DNA of 63,823 bases, counting the filler. It is 7 parts of 7 records of this genome, joined end to end, with 100 filler letters (N's around TTAATTAATTAA, not from the genome) between each part and the next. Parts side by side here need not be neighbours in the genome. Positions count along the whole stretch, not along the records: positions 12,116 to 35,631 come from DRR723986_12828; positions 35,732 to 44,042 come from DRR723986_12830; 5 more parts are not named here. One strand, written 5' to 3'. The notes beneath the pieces were generated by a model, which worked only from the letters and a program-made list of their open reading frames with translations, did no database searches and was not told where the DNA came from. Below, in pieces: positions 30,708 to 40,041 of the stretch (position 1 is its first letter; every line of letters starts with the position of its first letter). A program made the position numbers and the translations under genes.

Positions 30708-31655
30708 ATGACGACGTTCACCAATTTCGCGCTTTCTGCCCTGATCACAGGCGCAACGGCCCTCCCCCTTGCTGTGCAAGCGGGCCAACCCGACACCTTT
30801 GCCCCCGCCATGCGGACCGAGGTCATAGACGGGCTCAAGATCGCCTATCGCGAGGCAGGCGACCCCGCAAACCCCACAATCGTGTTGTTGCACGGGTTTC
30901 CAACGTCGTCGCACATGTTCCGCAACCTGATCCCAGCACTGGCAGACGAATATTATGTCATTGCACCGGATTACCCCGGGTTTGGCGCCTCTGACATGCC
31001 GGACGCGGCTGAATACGAATACAGTTTCGCTAATACAGCCGATCTCATGACAGAACTACTTAACCGCAAAGGCGTTGAGGACTACGCCGCCTACGTAATG
31101 GATTATGGTGCGCCTGTTGGCTATCGCATGTTTGCAAACGACCCGGATCGTGTGACCGGCTTTGTGATTCAAAACGGCAATGCCTATGACGAAGGGCTGC
31201 GTGAATTCTGGGATCCGATTAAGGCTTATTGGGCGGCCCCCTCCGCTGAAACAGGCGATCCTTTGCGCGCCTTCCTTACGCTGGATGCCACCAAATGGCA
31301 GTTCACCCACGGCGTAACAGACCCCTCAGCGATCAACCCGGATAACTATTGGCATGTACAGTATCTGTTGGACCGCCCGGGCAACCAAGAGGTGCAGTTG
31401 GAAATGTTTCTCGACTACGGCACCAACCCTGCCGAGTACCCGAAATGGCAAGCGTTGTTCCGTGAACATCAGCCGCCTGCCTTGTTGGTATGGGGCAAGA
31501 ACGATCCGATCTTTCCCTCTGAGGGCGCGCACCCCTACAAGCGTGATTTGAAGGATCTGGAATTTCACCTGCTTGATACCGGACACTTCGCCTTAGAGGA
31601 CCATGGCGCTGAAATAGCAGGCGAGATGAAGGATTTTCTCGCCCGGATTAACTAG
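30708..31655 (+). CDS. Alpha/beta hydrolase (epoxide hydrolase / haloalkane dehalogenase-like) with signal peptide
   Basis: [18 protein letters not shown], Asp nucleophile in DYGAP, WGKND, GHFALE. Confidence 0.9.
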   Translation: MTTFTNFALSALITGATALPLAVQAGQPDTFAPAMRTEVIDGLKIAYREAGDPANPTIVLLHGFPTSSHMFRNLIPALADEYYVIAPDYPGFGASDMPDAAEYEYSFANTADLMTELLNRKGVEDYAAYVMDYGAPVGYRMFANDPDRVTGFVIQNGNAYDEGLREFWDPIKAYWAAPSAETGDPLRAFLTLDATKWQFTHGVTDPSAINPDNYWHVQYLLDRPGNQEVQLEMFLDYGTNPAEYPKWQALFREHQPPALLVWGKNDPIFPSEGAHPYKRDLKDLEFHLLDTGHFALEDHGAEIAGEMKDFLARIN

Positions 31656-31662
31656 TTCATCG

Positions 31663-31695
31663 ACACCCCCCGCCCAAACTGGGTGGGGGTTTTGC
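31663..31695 (+). terminator. Rho-independent terminator
   Basis: CCCCCGCCCA-AAC-TGGGTGGGGG stem followed by TTTT. Confidence 0.65.
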
Positions 31696-31812
31696 CTTGG
31701 CCGCTTTACCGCAACCTATAATTCCCCTCGCGATGCACCAAGATACGGCTCATACTTCCTGTGTGACGTGTTGTTGGTCATAATTGGACTATCTGGGTGG
31801 GAGGGGTCGAAG

Positions 31813-32226
31813 ATGGTAGAACTGAATGGCCGATGCCTGTGCGGGGCTGTAACATGGCACTATAACGGCCCTCGTGGGCGGAACTTGGTGTGTCATTGCG
31901 AAAGCTGCCAACGCGCAACATCCGCCCCATTTGCCGCTTTTGTTGGTTTGGACCCGAGTAATCTAACGTGGTCAGGCAAGATCAATCACTACGAAAGCTC
32001 CCCCAAAACGTGGCGCGGCTTCTGTCCTGCCTGTGGCAGCAGACTATATTTCAAATCCGCTAAATGGCCGGGTGAAATTCACATTCATTCCAGCACCTTA
32101 GATGATCGCGCAGCCTATCAGCCGGATCAAGAAGTGGTCTGCGAAGAACGGGTTGGCTGGCTGGATCACTTACACGACATCCCAAAGCACAACAGTTTTG
32201 GAGCCAGTCCAGAACCAGAGGGCTGA
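31813..32226 (+). CDS. GFA (CENP-V) family Zn-binding protein
   Basis: GRCLCG, CHCESCQR, RGFCPACGS. Confidence 0.9.
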   Translation: MVELNGRCLCGAVTWHYNGPRGRNLVCHCESCQRATSAPFAAFVGLDPSNLTWSGKINHYESSPKTWRGFCPACGSRLYFKSAKWPGEIHIHSSTLDDRAAYQPDQEVVCEERVGWLDHLHDIPKHNSFGASPEPEG

Positions 32227-32263
32227 GCGAAACTCTCCATTGTGCTGTTCTGCAAAGCCAGTG

Positions 32264-32905
32264 TTATTCCCCTGTCACCATCACCTCGACACCTGCGGTA
32301 CAGAACCGAACCAACTTGTCGAGATCAGCCTCTTGCGCACCGGGGCTCAACGCCTCGACCCGCCACCCAGTATTGAGATGCGCCAGCATGGCTGCCACTG
32401 AATAGATTTGACCAGCCGCGATCTCCTGCCGCTCGGCCTTTGGATACAAGCGCGCGATTTCATCGATGAAAATTCCGGCAGTGGGGTCAAAGCATTCGGC
32501 CGCGATGTCGCGCCACCGAGGGTCGACCGAGACATGTGCAACAATGCGCCCATAAGCGATCCAATGCGCGCCCCCGGTTTGGGCCAGCGTGACATAGGGG
32601 CGAATGAAACAATCCAGAATTTTGTACAGCGTCAGACCGCCCGTCCGCGCGGCCTCTAACGCTTCCAATCGAACGCGCGCCAATTCATCCGCGCGGCGGG
32701 CGACAGTCTGATGAAACAACTCTTCTTTGCCGCCGCCATGGTGGTGCACCAACCCAACCTGCACCCCAGCCAAAGTGGCGATATCGCGGATCGAGGCACC
32801 TTCGAATCCTCCCACTGCAAAAACTTGCTCAGCCGCGTCCAAAATTCGTGCCTTGGTCTCCAAAGATCGTGCGGACGGGGCTCTTTTTCGTTGTTTTTCA
32901 AGCAT
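32264..32905 (-). CDS. TetR/AcrR family regulator
   Basis: ILDAAEQVF..GFEGASIRDIA..AGV..LVHHH..KE. Confidence 0.92.
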   Translation of the reverse strand: MLEKQRKRAPSARSLETKARILDAAEQVFAVGGFEGASIRDIATLAGVQVGLVHHHGGGKEELFHQTVARRADELARVRLEALEAARTGGLTLYKILDCFIRPYVTLAQTGGAHWIAYGRIVAHVSVDPRWRDIAAECFDPTAGIFIDEIARLYPKAERQEIAAGQIYSVAAMLAHLNTGWRVEALSPGAQEADLDKLVRFCTAGVEVMVTGE

Positions 32906-32938
32906 CTATTTCCCTCTTGAAATACATATTGCCTTATT

Positions 32939-32954
32939 TTGAACGATCGTTCAA
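32939..32954. promoter_or_regulatory. TetR operator
   Basis: Perfect 16-bp palindrome TTGAACGATCGTTCAA in the 73-bp gap between the divergent tetR and FMO genes. Confidence 0.8.
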
Positions 32955-32978
32955 GTTAATGCGATTGCGGGAGGCCAA

Positions 32979-34295
32979 ATGACACAGACACGTGAACAAT
33001 ATGCCCTGATCGGGGCGGGTCCTATGGGCTTGGCTATGGCCAAGGTACTGACGGAACAAGGCATCCCGTTTCAGGGGTTTGAATTGCATTCAGATGTGGG
33101 CGGTCTGTGGGACATCGACGGACCCAATTCGACGATGTACGAGACGGCGCATTTGATCTCCTCCAAACGCATGACCGAATTCGCGGACTTCCCGATGGAA
33201 GACGACGTAGCTGAATACCCATCGCATCGCGATCTTAAACGCTATTTTGGCGCTTTTGCCGATCACTTTGGTTTGCGCGATCAATACCACTTCAACGCCA
33301 AAGTCACCCATGTGGAACCGCTGGGTGGACCCGGCGAAGGATGGCGTGTCGACTGGTCTGATCCAGATGGGGATCACAGTGCCGAATTCGCCGGTGTGAT
33401 GATCGCCAACGGTACCCTGACCGAACCCAATATCCCCAACTTCCCCGGTCAGTTCGATGGCGAGATGATCCACGCCTCGCAATATCGCTACGCGTCACAG
33501 TTTAAAGACAAACGGGTGTTGATCGTAGGCGCAGGGAATTCCGGTTGCGATATCGCGGTGGACGCAATCCACCATGCCAAGCTGTGCGATTTGTCGATGC
33601 GACGCGGATACTATTTTGTTCCAAAGTACGTATTTGGAAAACCTGCGGACACGATGGGCGGATTGATCAAGCTGCCCATGTGGCTCAAGCGCCGGATCGA
33701 CGGGATGATCCTGAAATGGTTTGTAGGGGACCCACAGAAATATGGCTTCCCAAAACCGGATTACCAACTGTACGAAAGCCACCCGGTTGTGAACTCTCTG
33801 GTGCTGTATCATGCGGGCCACGGGGATCTGCGCATTCAGCCCGATATCGAACGACTGGACGGCAAGACCGTACATTTTCGCGATGGAAGTGTACAAAATT
33901 ATGACATGATCCTGACCGCCACCGGATACAAGCTGCACTATCCGTTCATCGACCGGGACCTGCTGAACTGGCAAGGCGACGCCCCACATCTGTACCTGAA
34001 TGCCATTCACCCCGCGCGCGATGACCTGTTTGTTCTGGGCATGATCGAGGCCAGCGGTCTGGGCTGGCAAGGGCGTCACGAACAAGCGGAAATGGTGGCC
34101 CGGTACATCAAAGGTCTGGCCAACGACTGCCCAGTTGCGGCGGAATTGAAAGCCGAGAAATCCGCCGAGTTCCAGCGTGCCACCGGCGGCATGCAGTATC
34201 TCAAACTGGCGCGGATGGCCTATTACGTCGACAAGGCAACCTATCGCGGGGCAGTCACGGGTTGGATCAAGCGGCTGACACAGGCCAAGTCATGA
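32979..34295 (+). CDS. Flavin-containing monooxygenase (class B, FMO type)
   Basis: GAGPMG, FMO fingerprint FDGEMIHASQY (FxGxxxHxxxY), GAGNSG, ATGY. Confidence 0.92.
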   Translation: MTQTREQYALIGAGPMGLAMAKVLTEQGIPFQGFELHSDVGGLWDIDGPNSTMYETAHLISSKRMTEFADFPMEDDVAEYPSHRDLKRYFGAFADHFGLRDQYHFNAKVTHVEPLGGPGEGWRVDWSDPDGDHSAEFAGVMIANGTLTEPNIPNFPGQFDGEMIHASQYRYASQFKDKRVLIVGAGNSGCDIAVDAIHHAKLCDLSMRRGYYFVPKYVFGKPADTMGGLIKLPMWLKRRIDGMILKWFVGDPQKYGFPKPDYQLYESHPVVNSLVLYHAGHGDLRIQPDIERLDGKTVHFRDGSVQNYDMILTATGYKLHYPFIDRDLLNWQGDAPHLYLNAIHPARDDLFVLGMIEASGLGWQGRHEQAEMVARYIKGLANDCPVAAELKAEKSAEFQRATGGMQYLKLARMAYYVDKATYRGAVTGWIKRLTQAKS

Positions 34296-35194
34296 CGGGC
34301 ATTGATGATATCACGCTGAATTTTTCACCTGCGTCCCTGACGCTGTTAAATGCAATTCTGGCAATTGTGATGTTTTCCATCGCGATTGATCTAAAACCCT
34401 CAGATTTCGACCGGCTACGACGCGCGCCAAAACCACTTTTGGCTGGGTTGATCTCTCAATTCCTGATCCTGCCGGTCTTAACCTTTGGCATGATCCTGAT
34501 CACGCAGCCGCGCCCCTCAATCGCGCTGGGGCTGATCTTGGTTGCCGCTTGTCCGGGCGGCAATATCTCAAACTTCATCACCCATCGCGCAGGGGGAAAT
34601 GCGGCCCTGTCGGTTTCGATGACGGCTTTTGCCACAATCGGGGCGATCCTGCTTACACCTGTGAATATTGCGCTGTGGGGTGGGCTCTATGCCCCGACCC
34701 GCGCCATTTTGCAGGAAACCCAGATTGACCCTGTTCAAATCGCCATAACCGTCAGCCTGATGCTGATCCTGCCCTTGGTTCTAGGCATGTATCTGAACCT
34801 GCATCGACCCAGCCTGACCTTTCGGTTGCGCCGTCCGCTGCAGTTGCTGTCCATGGGTATCTTTATCGCCTTTATCGTACTCGCTCTGGCGGCAAACTGG
34901 GAATTTTTCCTTGGTTTTGCCGGGGCAGTCGCCGGTCTTGTGATCCTTCACAACGCACTGGCACTGGGGGGCGGTTGGGCTGTGGCCACTCTGGCCCGGC
35001 TGTCCCCCTTTGATCGTCGCGCCATCACCATCGAAACCGGCATCCAGAATTCCGGTCTGGGTCTGGTTTTAATCTTTGCCTTTTTCAACGGCTTGGGCGG
35101 CATGGCTGTCGTGGCCGCGTTCTGGGGTATCTGGCACGCGATTTCGGGCCTTGTCCTTGCATCAATCTGGTCCCGGACGGAGGCCCGCAAATGA
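34292..35194 (+). CDS. Bile acid:sodium symporter (BASS) family transporter
   Basis: ACPGGNISN, GGNAALSVS, ETGIQNSGL. Confidence 0.93.
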   Translation: MTGIDDITLNFSPASLTLLNAILAIVMFSIAIDLKPSDFDRLRRAPKPLLAGLISQFLILPVLTFGMILITQPRPSIALGLILVAACPGGNISNFITHRAGGNAALSVSMTAFATIGAILLTPVNIALWGGLYAPTRAILQETQIDPVQIAITVSLMLILPLVLGMYLNLHRPSLTFRLRRPLQLLSMGIFIAFIVLALAANWEFFLGFAGAVAGLVILHNALALGGGWAVATLARLSPFDRRAITIETGIQNSGLGLVLIFAFFNGLGGMAVVAAFWGIWHAISGLVLASIWSRTEARK

Positions 35195-35631
35195 CGCGTA
35201 TTCTGATCACTGGGGCCGCTGGCATGGTCGGCAAGGCGCTTTTGCACGAACTGAGCGAACACACGGTTTTTGCCACCGATTTGCAGCCCCCCAGCCCCCT
35301 GCCAAATGGGGTCGCGTTTCATCGGATGGACGTGACCACAAATGAACCTGAACGGATCATAGCCAAGGTCAAACCTGACGTGATTGTTCATCTGGCTTCG
35401 ATCGTGACCCCTCCCAAAGGAACCGGTCGGGCATTTGCCTATGCGGTTGATGTCGACGGCACCCGTAAGGTTCTGGAGGCCGCCATTACGCATGGCGTAA
35501 AGCGGCTGGTTGTCACCTCGTCCGGGGCGGCATACGGATACCATTCAGATAATCCTGTTCCGCTACGAGAGACGGACCCTGTGCGCGGCAATCCAGAATT
35601 CGCCTATGCCGATCACAAACGGCAGGTCGAA
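35191..35631 (+). CDS. NAD-dependent epimerase/dehydratase (extended SDR; 3' truncated)
   Basis: TGAAGMVG, HLAS, SSGAAYG, YADHK. Confidence 0.9.
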
Positions 35632-35731
35632 NNNNNNNNNNNNNNNNNNNNNNNNNNNNNNNNNNNNNNNNNNNNTTAATTAATTAANNNNNNNNNNNNN
35701 NNNNNNNNNNNNNNNNNNNNNNNNNNNNNNN
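35632..35731. other. Artificial contig spacer
   Basis: Same linker. Confidence 0.99.
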
Positions 35732-35813
35732 TCCCGCCGCAATTGCGGCGGGAGATGAGGCCTTGCCTACATTCCGCATTGCCTCGGCGCCCGCCCGCTG
35801 GCACACCGCGCGG

Positions 35814-36482
35814 ATGAACTTCAAATGGCTCCCCAATGCGCTGACGATCGCGCGCTGCGTGTTCGCGCTGCTCTGCCTTGGCGGCATTGTTCAGGCCCTG
35901 CGCGTACAGGACCTGATCGACCTCGGTACCACGCAGGACATCACCGCAACGGATCAGGAAAACCGGATCGCGGTGCAGCAGCTCTGGTACCAGTTTGCCC
36001 TCCTGTCCTTTTTGTCCGGGGCGCTGACGGATTTTCTCGACGGTTGGCTGGCCCGCAAGCTTCAGGCCCAGTCCCGTTTCGGCGTCTGGCTCGATCCGAT
36101 TGCGGACAAATTCCTGGTCGGCTTCGCCTTGCTCGGCCTTTCGCTGATCTTCCACACTTGGCTGATCTACATTCCGGCCGCAGCGATCATTGCCCGCGAT
36201 GCCTTCATGACCTGGCTGCGTACCACGCCGGCCGGCAAGTCGGTGGTGGATCCATCCAACCTCGCCAAATGGAAAACCGCGTTCGAGATGGCCGCGATTA
36301 TCGGCCTGATGCTGCCGTTGGCGGCCATTCCGCAGAACGCCGTGACGCAAGGCGCCACGACAGGGAATCTGGCGGAACTTACCGCGGTTGCGCTGGTCGG
36401 CTTGCTCTGGATCGCGGCATTCCTGTCCCTGTGGACCGGCTGGCGGTACATGGTGGCGGCGGTGGGCAGCCGGAAACGCTGA
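35814..36482 (+). CDS. CDP-alcohol phosphatidyltransferase (PgsA-like)
   Basis: PNALTIAR, TDFLDGWLAR..FG.WLDPIADK, AKWKT. Confidence 0.9.
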   Translation: MNFKWLPNALTIARCVFALLCLGGIVQALRVQDLIDLGTTQDITATDQENRIAVQQLWYQFALLSFLSGALTDFLDGWLARKLQAQSRFGVWLDPIADKFLVGFALLGLSLIFHTWLIYIPAAAIIARDAFMTWLRTTPAGKSVVDPSNLAKWKTAFEMAAIIGLMLPLAAIPQNAVTQGATTGNLAELTAVALVGLLWIAAFLSLWTGWRYMVAAVGSRKR

Positions 36483-36633
36483 ACGCAAGAACGCCGGCCC
36501 TAGGGGAAAAAGAGCCGGCGTTCCGTTTGCGTCACCGGCGCGCAGGGCAAAGGGAAACCCGCTGCACCGATTGTCTGTTGATGACGAGAACTGGTTCACT
36601 CCCCCGTCACGACAAAAGCGTCTCACCGGTAAA

Positions 36634-36648
36634 TTAAAAGCAACTTAA
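36634..36648. promoter_or_regulatory. CtrA-binding box
   Basis: Exact TTAA-N7-TTAA (TTAAAAGCAACTTAA) about 90 nt upstream of the next gene in an alphaproteobacterial contig. Confidence 0.55.
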
Positions 36649-36737
36649 TGCTCGGGGCGGAAATGGGGCGCCATTTCCACGAAACTGCCACGGGACTGGC
36701 CCCTGTGCTGCCGCATTCGAGGCAGACCACTGGGTTT

Positions 36738-37499
36738 ATGAGACGTAAACGCCCCGTCGATGCCTGGAAGCTTGTGGCCGTCTTCAGCGCGGCGATGGCG
36801 TTCCTCTGCCTGCCGGCCGTTCTGGCCGTGGCGGGGGTGGACGACGTGCGTGAAACCCCCCGCTCGCGTGCCGTTGTCGAAGCGCATACCGAGGCACTCA
36901 GCGAAGCGCTGGCGGAGCAGGGCTCTCACCTTGGCGCGCCGGTTTACCTCCGGCTTACCAAGGATCCTGCTGTCCTGACGGCCTATGTGGCGAATGAAGG
37001 AGGGGTGTACGAACCGTTCCGTTCCTGGCCGGTGTGTGCCTATTCCGGAAAACTGGGGCCCAAACTGGCCGAAGGCGACATGCAGGCCCCGGAAGGTTTC
37101 TATTCGGTCGCCCCGGGCCAGATGAATGCGGCATCGGACTATCACCTTGCCTTCAATCTCGGCTATCCGAACGCCTATGACCGCGCCCACGACCGGACGG
37201 GCTCCTACCTCATGGTGCACGGCGATTGCGTCTCGATTGGCTGCTATGCCATGACCGATGAAGCGATCGAGGAGATCTGGACCCTGATGCAGGCGGCGAT
37301 GGGCGAGGGGCAGAAATCCGTTCCGGTGCACATCTATCCGTTCCCGATGACGGCGGCGAACCTGCAGCGTCATGCCGGGGACCCGAACGCCGCCTTCTGG
37401 CGCTCGCTCGCCCCAGCCTGGGAAGCATTCGAGAAGACAGGTCACGTGCCTGTGGTGCAGGTCTCAGGCGGGAAGTACGAAATCTCCCCGGCCAGCTGA
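36738..37499 (+). CDS. YafK/DpaA-like L,D-transpeptidase family protein
   Basis: SGKLGPK..EGD.QAPEGFY, YHLAFNLGYPN, MVHGDCVSIGCYAM. Confidence 0.9.
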   Translation: MRRKRPVDAWKLVAVFSAAMAFLCLPAVLAVAGVDDVRETPRSRAVVEAHTEALSEALAEQGSHLGAPVYLRLTKDPAVLTAYVANEGGVYEPFRSWPVCAYSGKLGPKLAEGDMQAPEGFYSVAPGQMNAASDYHLAFNLGYPNAYDRAHDRTGSYLMVHGDCVSIGCYAMTDEAIEEIWTLMQAAMGEGQKSVPVHIYPFPMTAANLQRHAGDPNAAFWRSLAPAWEAFEKTGHVPVVQVSGGKYEISPAS

Positions 37500-37532
37500 T
37501 CTGGCTCAGCGCCTCATCCCGGCGTTCTGCTC

Positions 37533-38003
37533 TTACCGTTCCGGCGCCCAGTAGGGTGAGGGCGGGGTCCCGGCATAGATTTCCTGAAGTTTGCTGAATG
37601 TGCCCGGCGTCGTGCCCTCCGGCGGGGCGAGCGGGTCCGCCCAGACGGCTTCCGCGATTTCGCCGCGCGAGGTTGCTTCGCCCTGTGTCCAGGTGCCGGG
37701 GCAGGCCCGGTACAGCACGACATGATCATTCGGAAACACGAAATGGTTGGAATAGATGCCGATCAGGTCCGGCGTGGCCGTCAGCCGGAAACCGCCTTCC
37801 TCCAGCAGTTCGCGCTCAAGTGATTCCAGGCTGGTTTCAGCCTTTTCCACACCGCCGCCCGGCAGGTACCAGCCCGGCGTGTAAGTGTGGCGGATTATGA
37901 AGACTTTTCCGGCCTGATTCTCCACCACGGCGCGAACGCCCAGGGTCATTGGCCGGGACAAGCGGAACCAGGACTGGAAGACGCGGGTGCGGATGCGGGC
38001 CAT
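37533..38003 (-). CDS. NUDIX hydrolase
   Basis: PGGGVE..E......RELLEEGG Nudix box; AGGAGG RBS. Confidence 0.9.
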   Translation of the reverse strand: MARIRTRVFQSWFRLSRPMTLGVRAVVENQAGKVFIIRHTYTPGWYLPGGGVEKAETSLESLERELLEEGGFRLTATPDLIGIYSNHFVFPNDHVVLYRACPGTWTQGEATSRGEIAEAVWADPLAPPEGTTPGTFSKLQEIYAGTPPSPYWAPER

Positions 38004-38200
38004 GGCGCACCTCCTAGCGAAATCGTCCCAAGAAGAGGTGAATGCAAAAATTTTCCTGCAATCGGACCAAAATACGGTATCTCGGCGAAAAATCGGGTGG
38101 AAACCCTGCCGAATTGGGCTCGCCATGCGCGGCGCACCGCGCTATGCACACGCCAACGAACACAATCACGTGAAAAAGATAACACAAGCGAGAAAGCGAC

Positions 38201-38287
38201 ATGATCCATCCGTCCCTGCTTGCCATTGCCGCCATCGTCGTCGTCTTCGGCGTTCTGAATCTGATTGAATTCAAGCGACTGGACTAA
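38201..38287 (+). CDS. Small 28-aa single-pass membrane peptide MIHPSLLAIAAIVVVFGVLNLIEFKRLD
   Basis: ATG...TAA with GC3-rich codons, one hydrophobic helix, charged tail; ends 9 nt before the antiporter. Below the ORF-track size cut-off. Confidence 0.6.
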   Translation: MIHPSLLAIAAIVVVFGVLNLIEFKRLD

Positions 38288-38296
38288 ACGCTAGGC

Positions 38297-39292
38297 TTGC
38301 CCATCCCGGAGCTCTCTCTGATCGCGGCCCTCGTCGGGGGGCTTGTGATCATGGCACTGGCGGGAAATGCGCTGGTCAGTGGAGCTGTGTCCCTTGCTGC
38401 CCGCATGGGGGTTTCGCCCCTCGTCGCGGGCATTTTTATTGTCGGCTTCGGAACCTCCGCTCCTGAGATGATCGTGTCGCTCGATGCGGCTCTCTCGGAC
38501 CGTTCCGGTCTCGCCCTCGGCAATATTGTCGGATCCAATATTGCCAATGTTTTCCTCGTGCTGGGCCTGCCGGCGCTGATCGCACCCATTGCGGCGGGCG
38601 GTGTGGGAGAAAAGCGCGGCCTGATTGCCGTCATCGTGGCGGCGGTAGCCTGGATCGGCATCACGGCCCTGATGCCGCTGACGCCATTGGTCGGACTCTG
38701 CTTCATCGCGCTTCTGATTGCCTATTCGGGCCTCACCTTCATTGCCGCGCGCCGTGCGGTGGCCGCCGGCAAGGATCCCGGCGTGACGGAGGAGGAAGAC
38801 CCGCACCTGCCGCTCTGGCTGGCACTGGTCTATGTCCCGCTTGGCATCCTCGGGCTGATCCTCGGCGCGGACCTCGTGATCGAGGGCGGCGTCGGCATCG
38901 CCATGTTCCTGAATGTGCCGGAAGAATATATCGGCCTAACCTTGCTCGCGATCGGGACATCGCTGCCGGAAATCGGCGCGGGCCTTGTCGCCGTGGTGAA
39001 GAAGCAGGGCGAAGTGCTGATCGGCAACGTGCTCGGCTCGAATGTGTTCAACATACTCGGGGCGGGTGGCATCCTCTCCCTTTTCGGACCAATCCGGATG
39101 GCGCCGACCTTCCAGCAATATGATCATTGGGCGCTGGCCCTTGCTACCGTGGTGATCGGGATCGTGATCCTGACAAAGGCGCGTATCGGCCGCCTGACCG
39201 CCATACTGCTCCTGCTGGTCTACGCAGCCTACATTTACGGCCTGATCACCGGGCTCAACATAACCGGCTTGTTCCAGCCGGCCGGGACATGA
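38297..39292 (+). CDS. Calcium/sodium antiporter (YrbG/CaCA family)
   Basis: Alpha-repeats GTSAPE..GNIVGSN and GTSLPE..GNVLGSN. Confidence 0.93.
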   Translation: MPIPELSLIAALVGGLVIMALAGNALVSGAVSLAARMGVSPLVAGIFIVGFGTSAPEMIVSLDAALSDRSGLALGNIVGSNIANVFLVLGLPALIAPIAAGGVGEKRGLIAVIVAAVAWIGITALMPLTPLVGLCFIALLIAYSGLTFIAARRAVAAGKDPGVTEEEDPHLPLWLALVYVPLGILGLILGADLVIEGGVGIAMFLNVPEEYIGLTLLAIGTSLPEIGAGLVAVVKKQGEVLIGNVLGSNVFNILGAGGILSLFGPIRMAPTFQQYDHWALALATVVIGIVILTKARIGRLTAILLLLVYAAYIYGLITGLNITGLFQPAGT

Positions 39293-40041
39293 CGCCCGGT
39301 ATCGCGCTCGTCACCGGCGCCGGGGCCCGCCTCGGCCGCGCCATGGCCCTCGCTCTGGGCGAAGATGGCTGGAAGGTCGCTGTCCACTATCACAGCTCTT
39401 CTGACGGTGCGGATGAGACCTGCGAGATGATCCGCAAGGCGGGTGGCATCGCAGAAGCCCTGCAGGCTGATCTTTCGGATGAAGAGACCCGCGGCGAGCT
39501 TGTCGTCCGTGCAGCCAGGGCGCTGGGCGGACCGGTCAGCCTGCTGATCAATTCAGCCTCCACCTTCCATGACGATACCGCGCTGACCCATTCCCGGGAA
39601 GACTGGGACGCGCATATGGAGCCGAACCTGCGGGCGCCTATCCATCTCGCCCAGCAACTCGCATCAGACCTGCCGTATGGACAGAAGGGTCTCGTGATCA
39701 ATATGATCGACCAGCGGGTCTGGAAGCTGAATCCCGTCTTTTTCACCTACACGCTGTCCAAGGCCGCGCTGTGGCAGGCAACGCAGACGCTGGCGCAGGC
39801 GCTCGCGCCCGATGTGCGGGTCAACGGGATCGGCCCCGGACCAACCCTCGCCAGTGTTCATCAGACGCCGGAGGAATTTGCGGCGGAGAAAGCGGCAACG
39901 TTGACGGGGGAGGGCTCCTCGCCCGATGAGATCGTGCGTGCCATGCGTTATCTCGTCTCGGCCGCCAGTGTGACTGGCCAGATGATCGCCAGCGATGGCG
40001 GCCAGCATTTGATGTGGCAGACCCCGGACGTCCAGATATGA
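39289..40041 (+). CDS. SDR oxidoreductase (pteridine reductase-like)
   Basis: TGAGARLG, AVHY, NSAS.F, DQRV, YTLSK. Confidence 0.88.
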   Translation: MTPGIALVTGAGARLGRAMALALGEDGWKVAVHYHSSSDGADETCEMIRKAGGIAEALQADLSDEETRGELVVRAARALGGPVSLLINSASTFHDDTALTHSREDWDAHMEPNLRAPIHLAQQLASDLPYGQKGLVINMIDQRVWKLNPVFFTYTLSKAALWQATQTLAQALAPDVRVNGIGPGPTLASVHQTPEEFAAEKAATLTGEGSSPDEIVRAMRYLVSAASVTGQMIASDGGQHLMWQTPDVQI

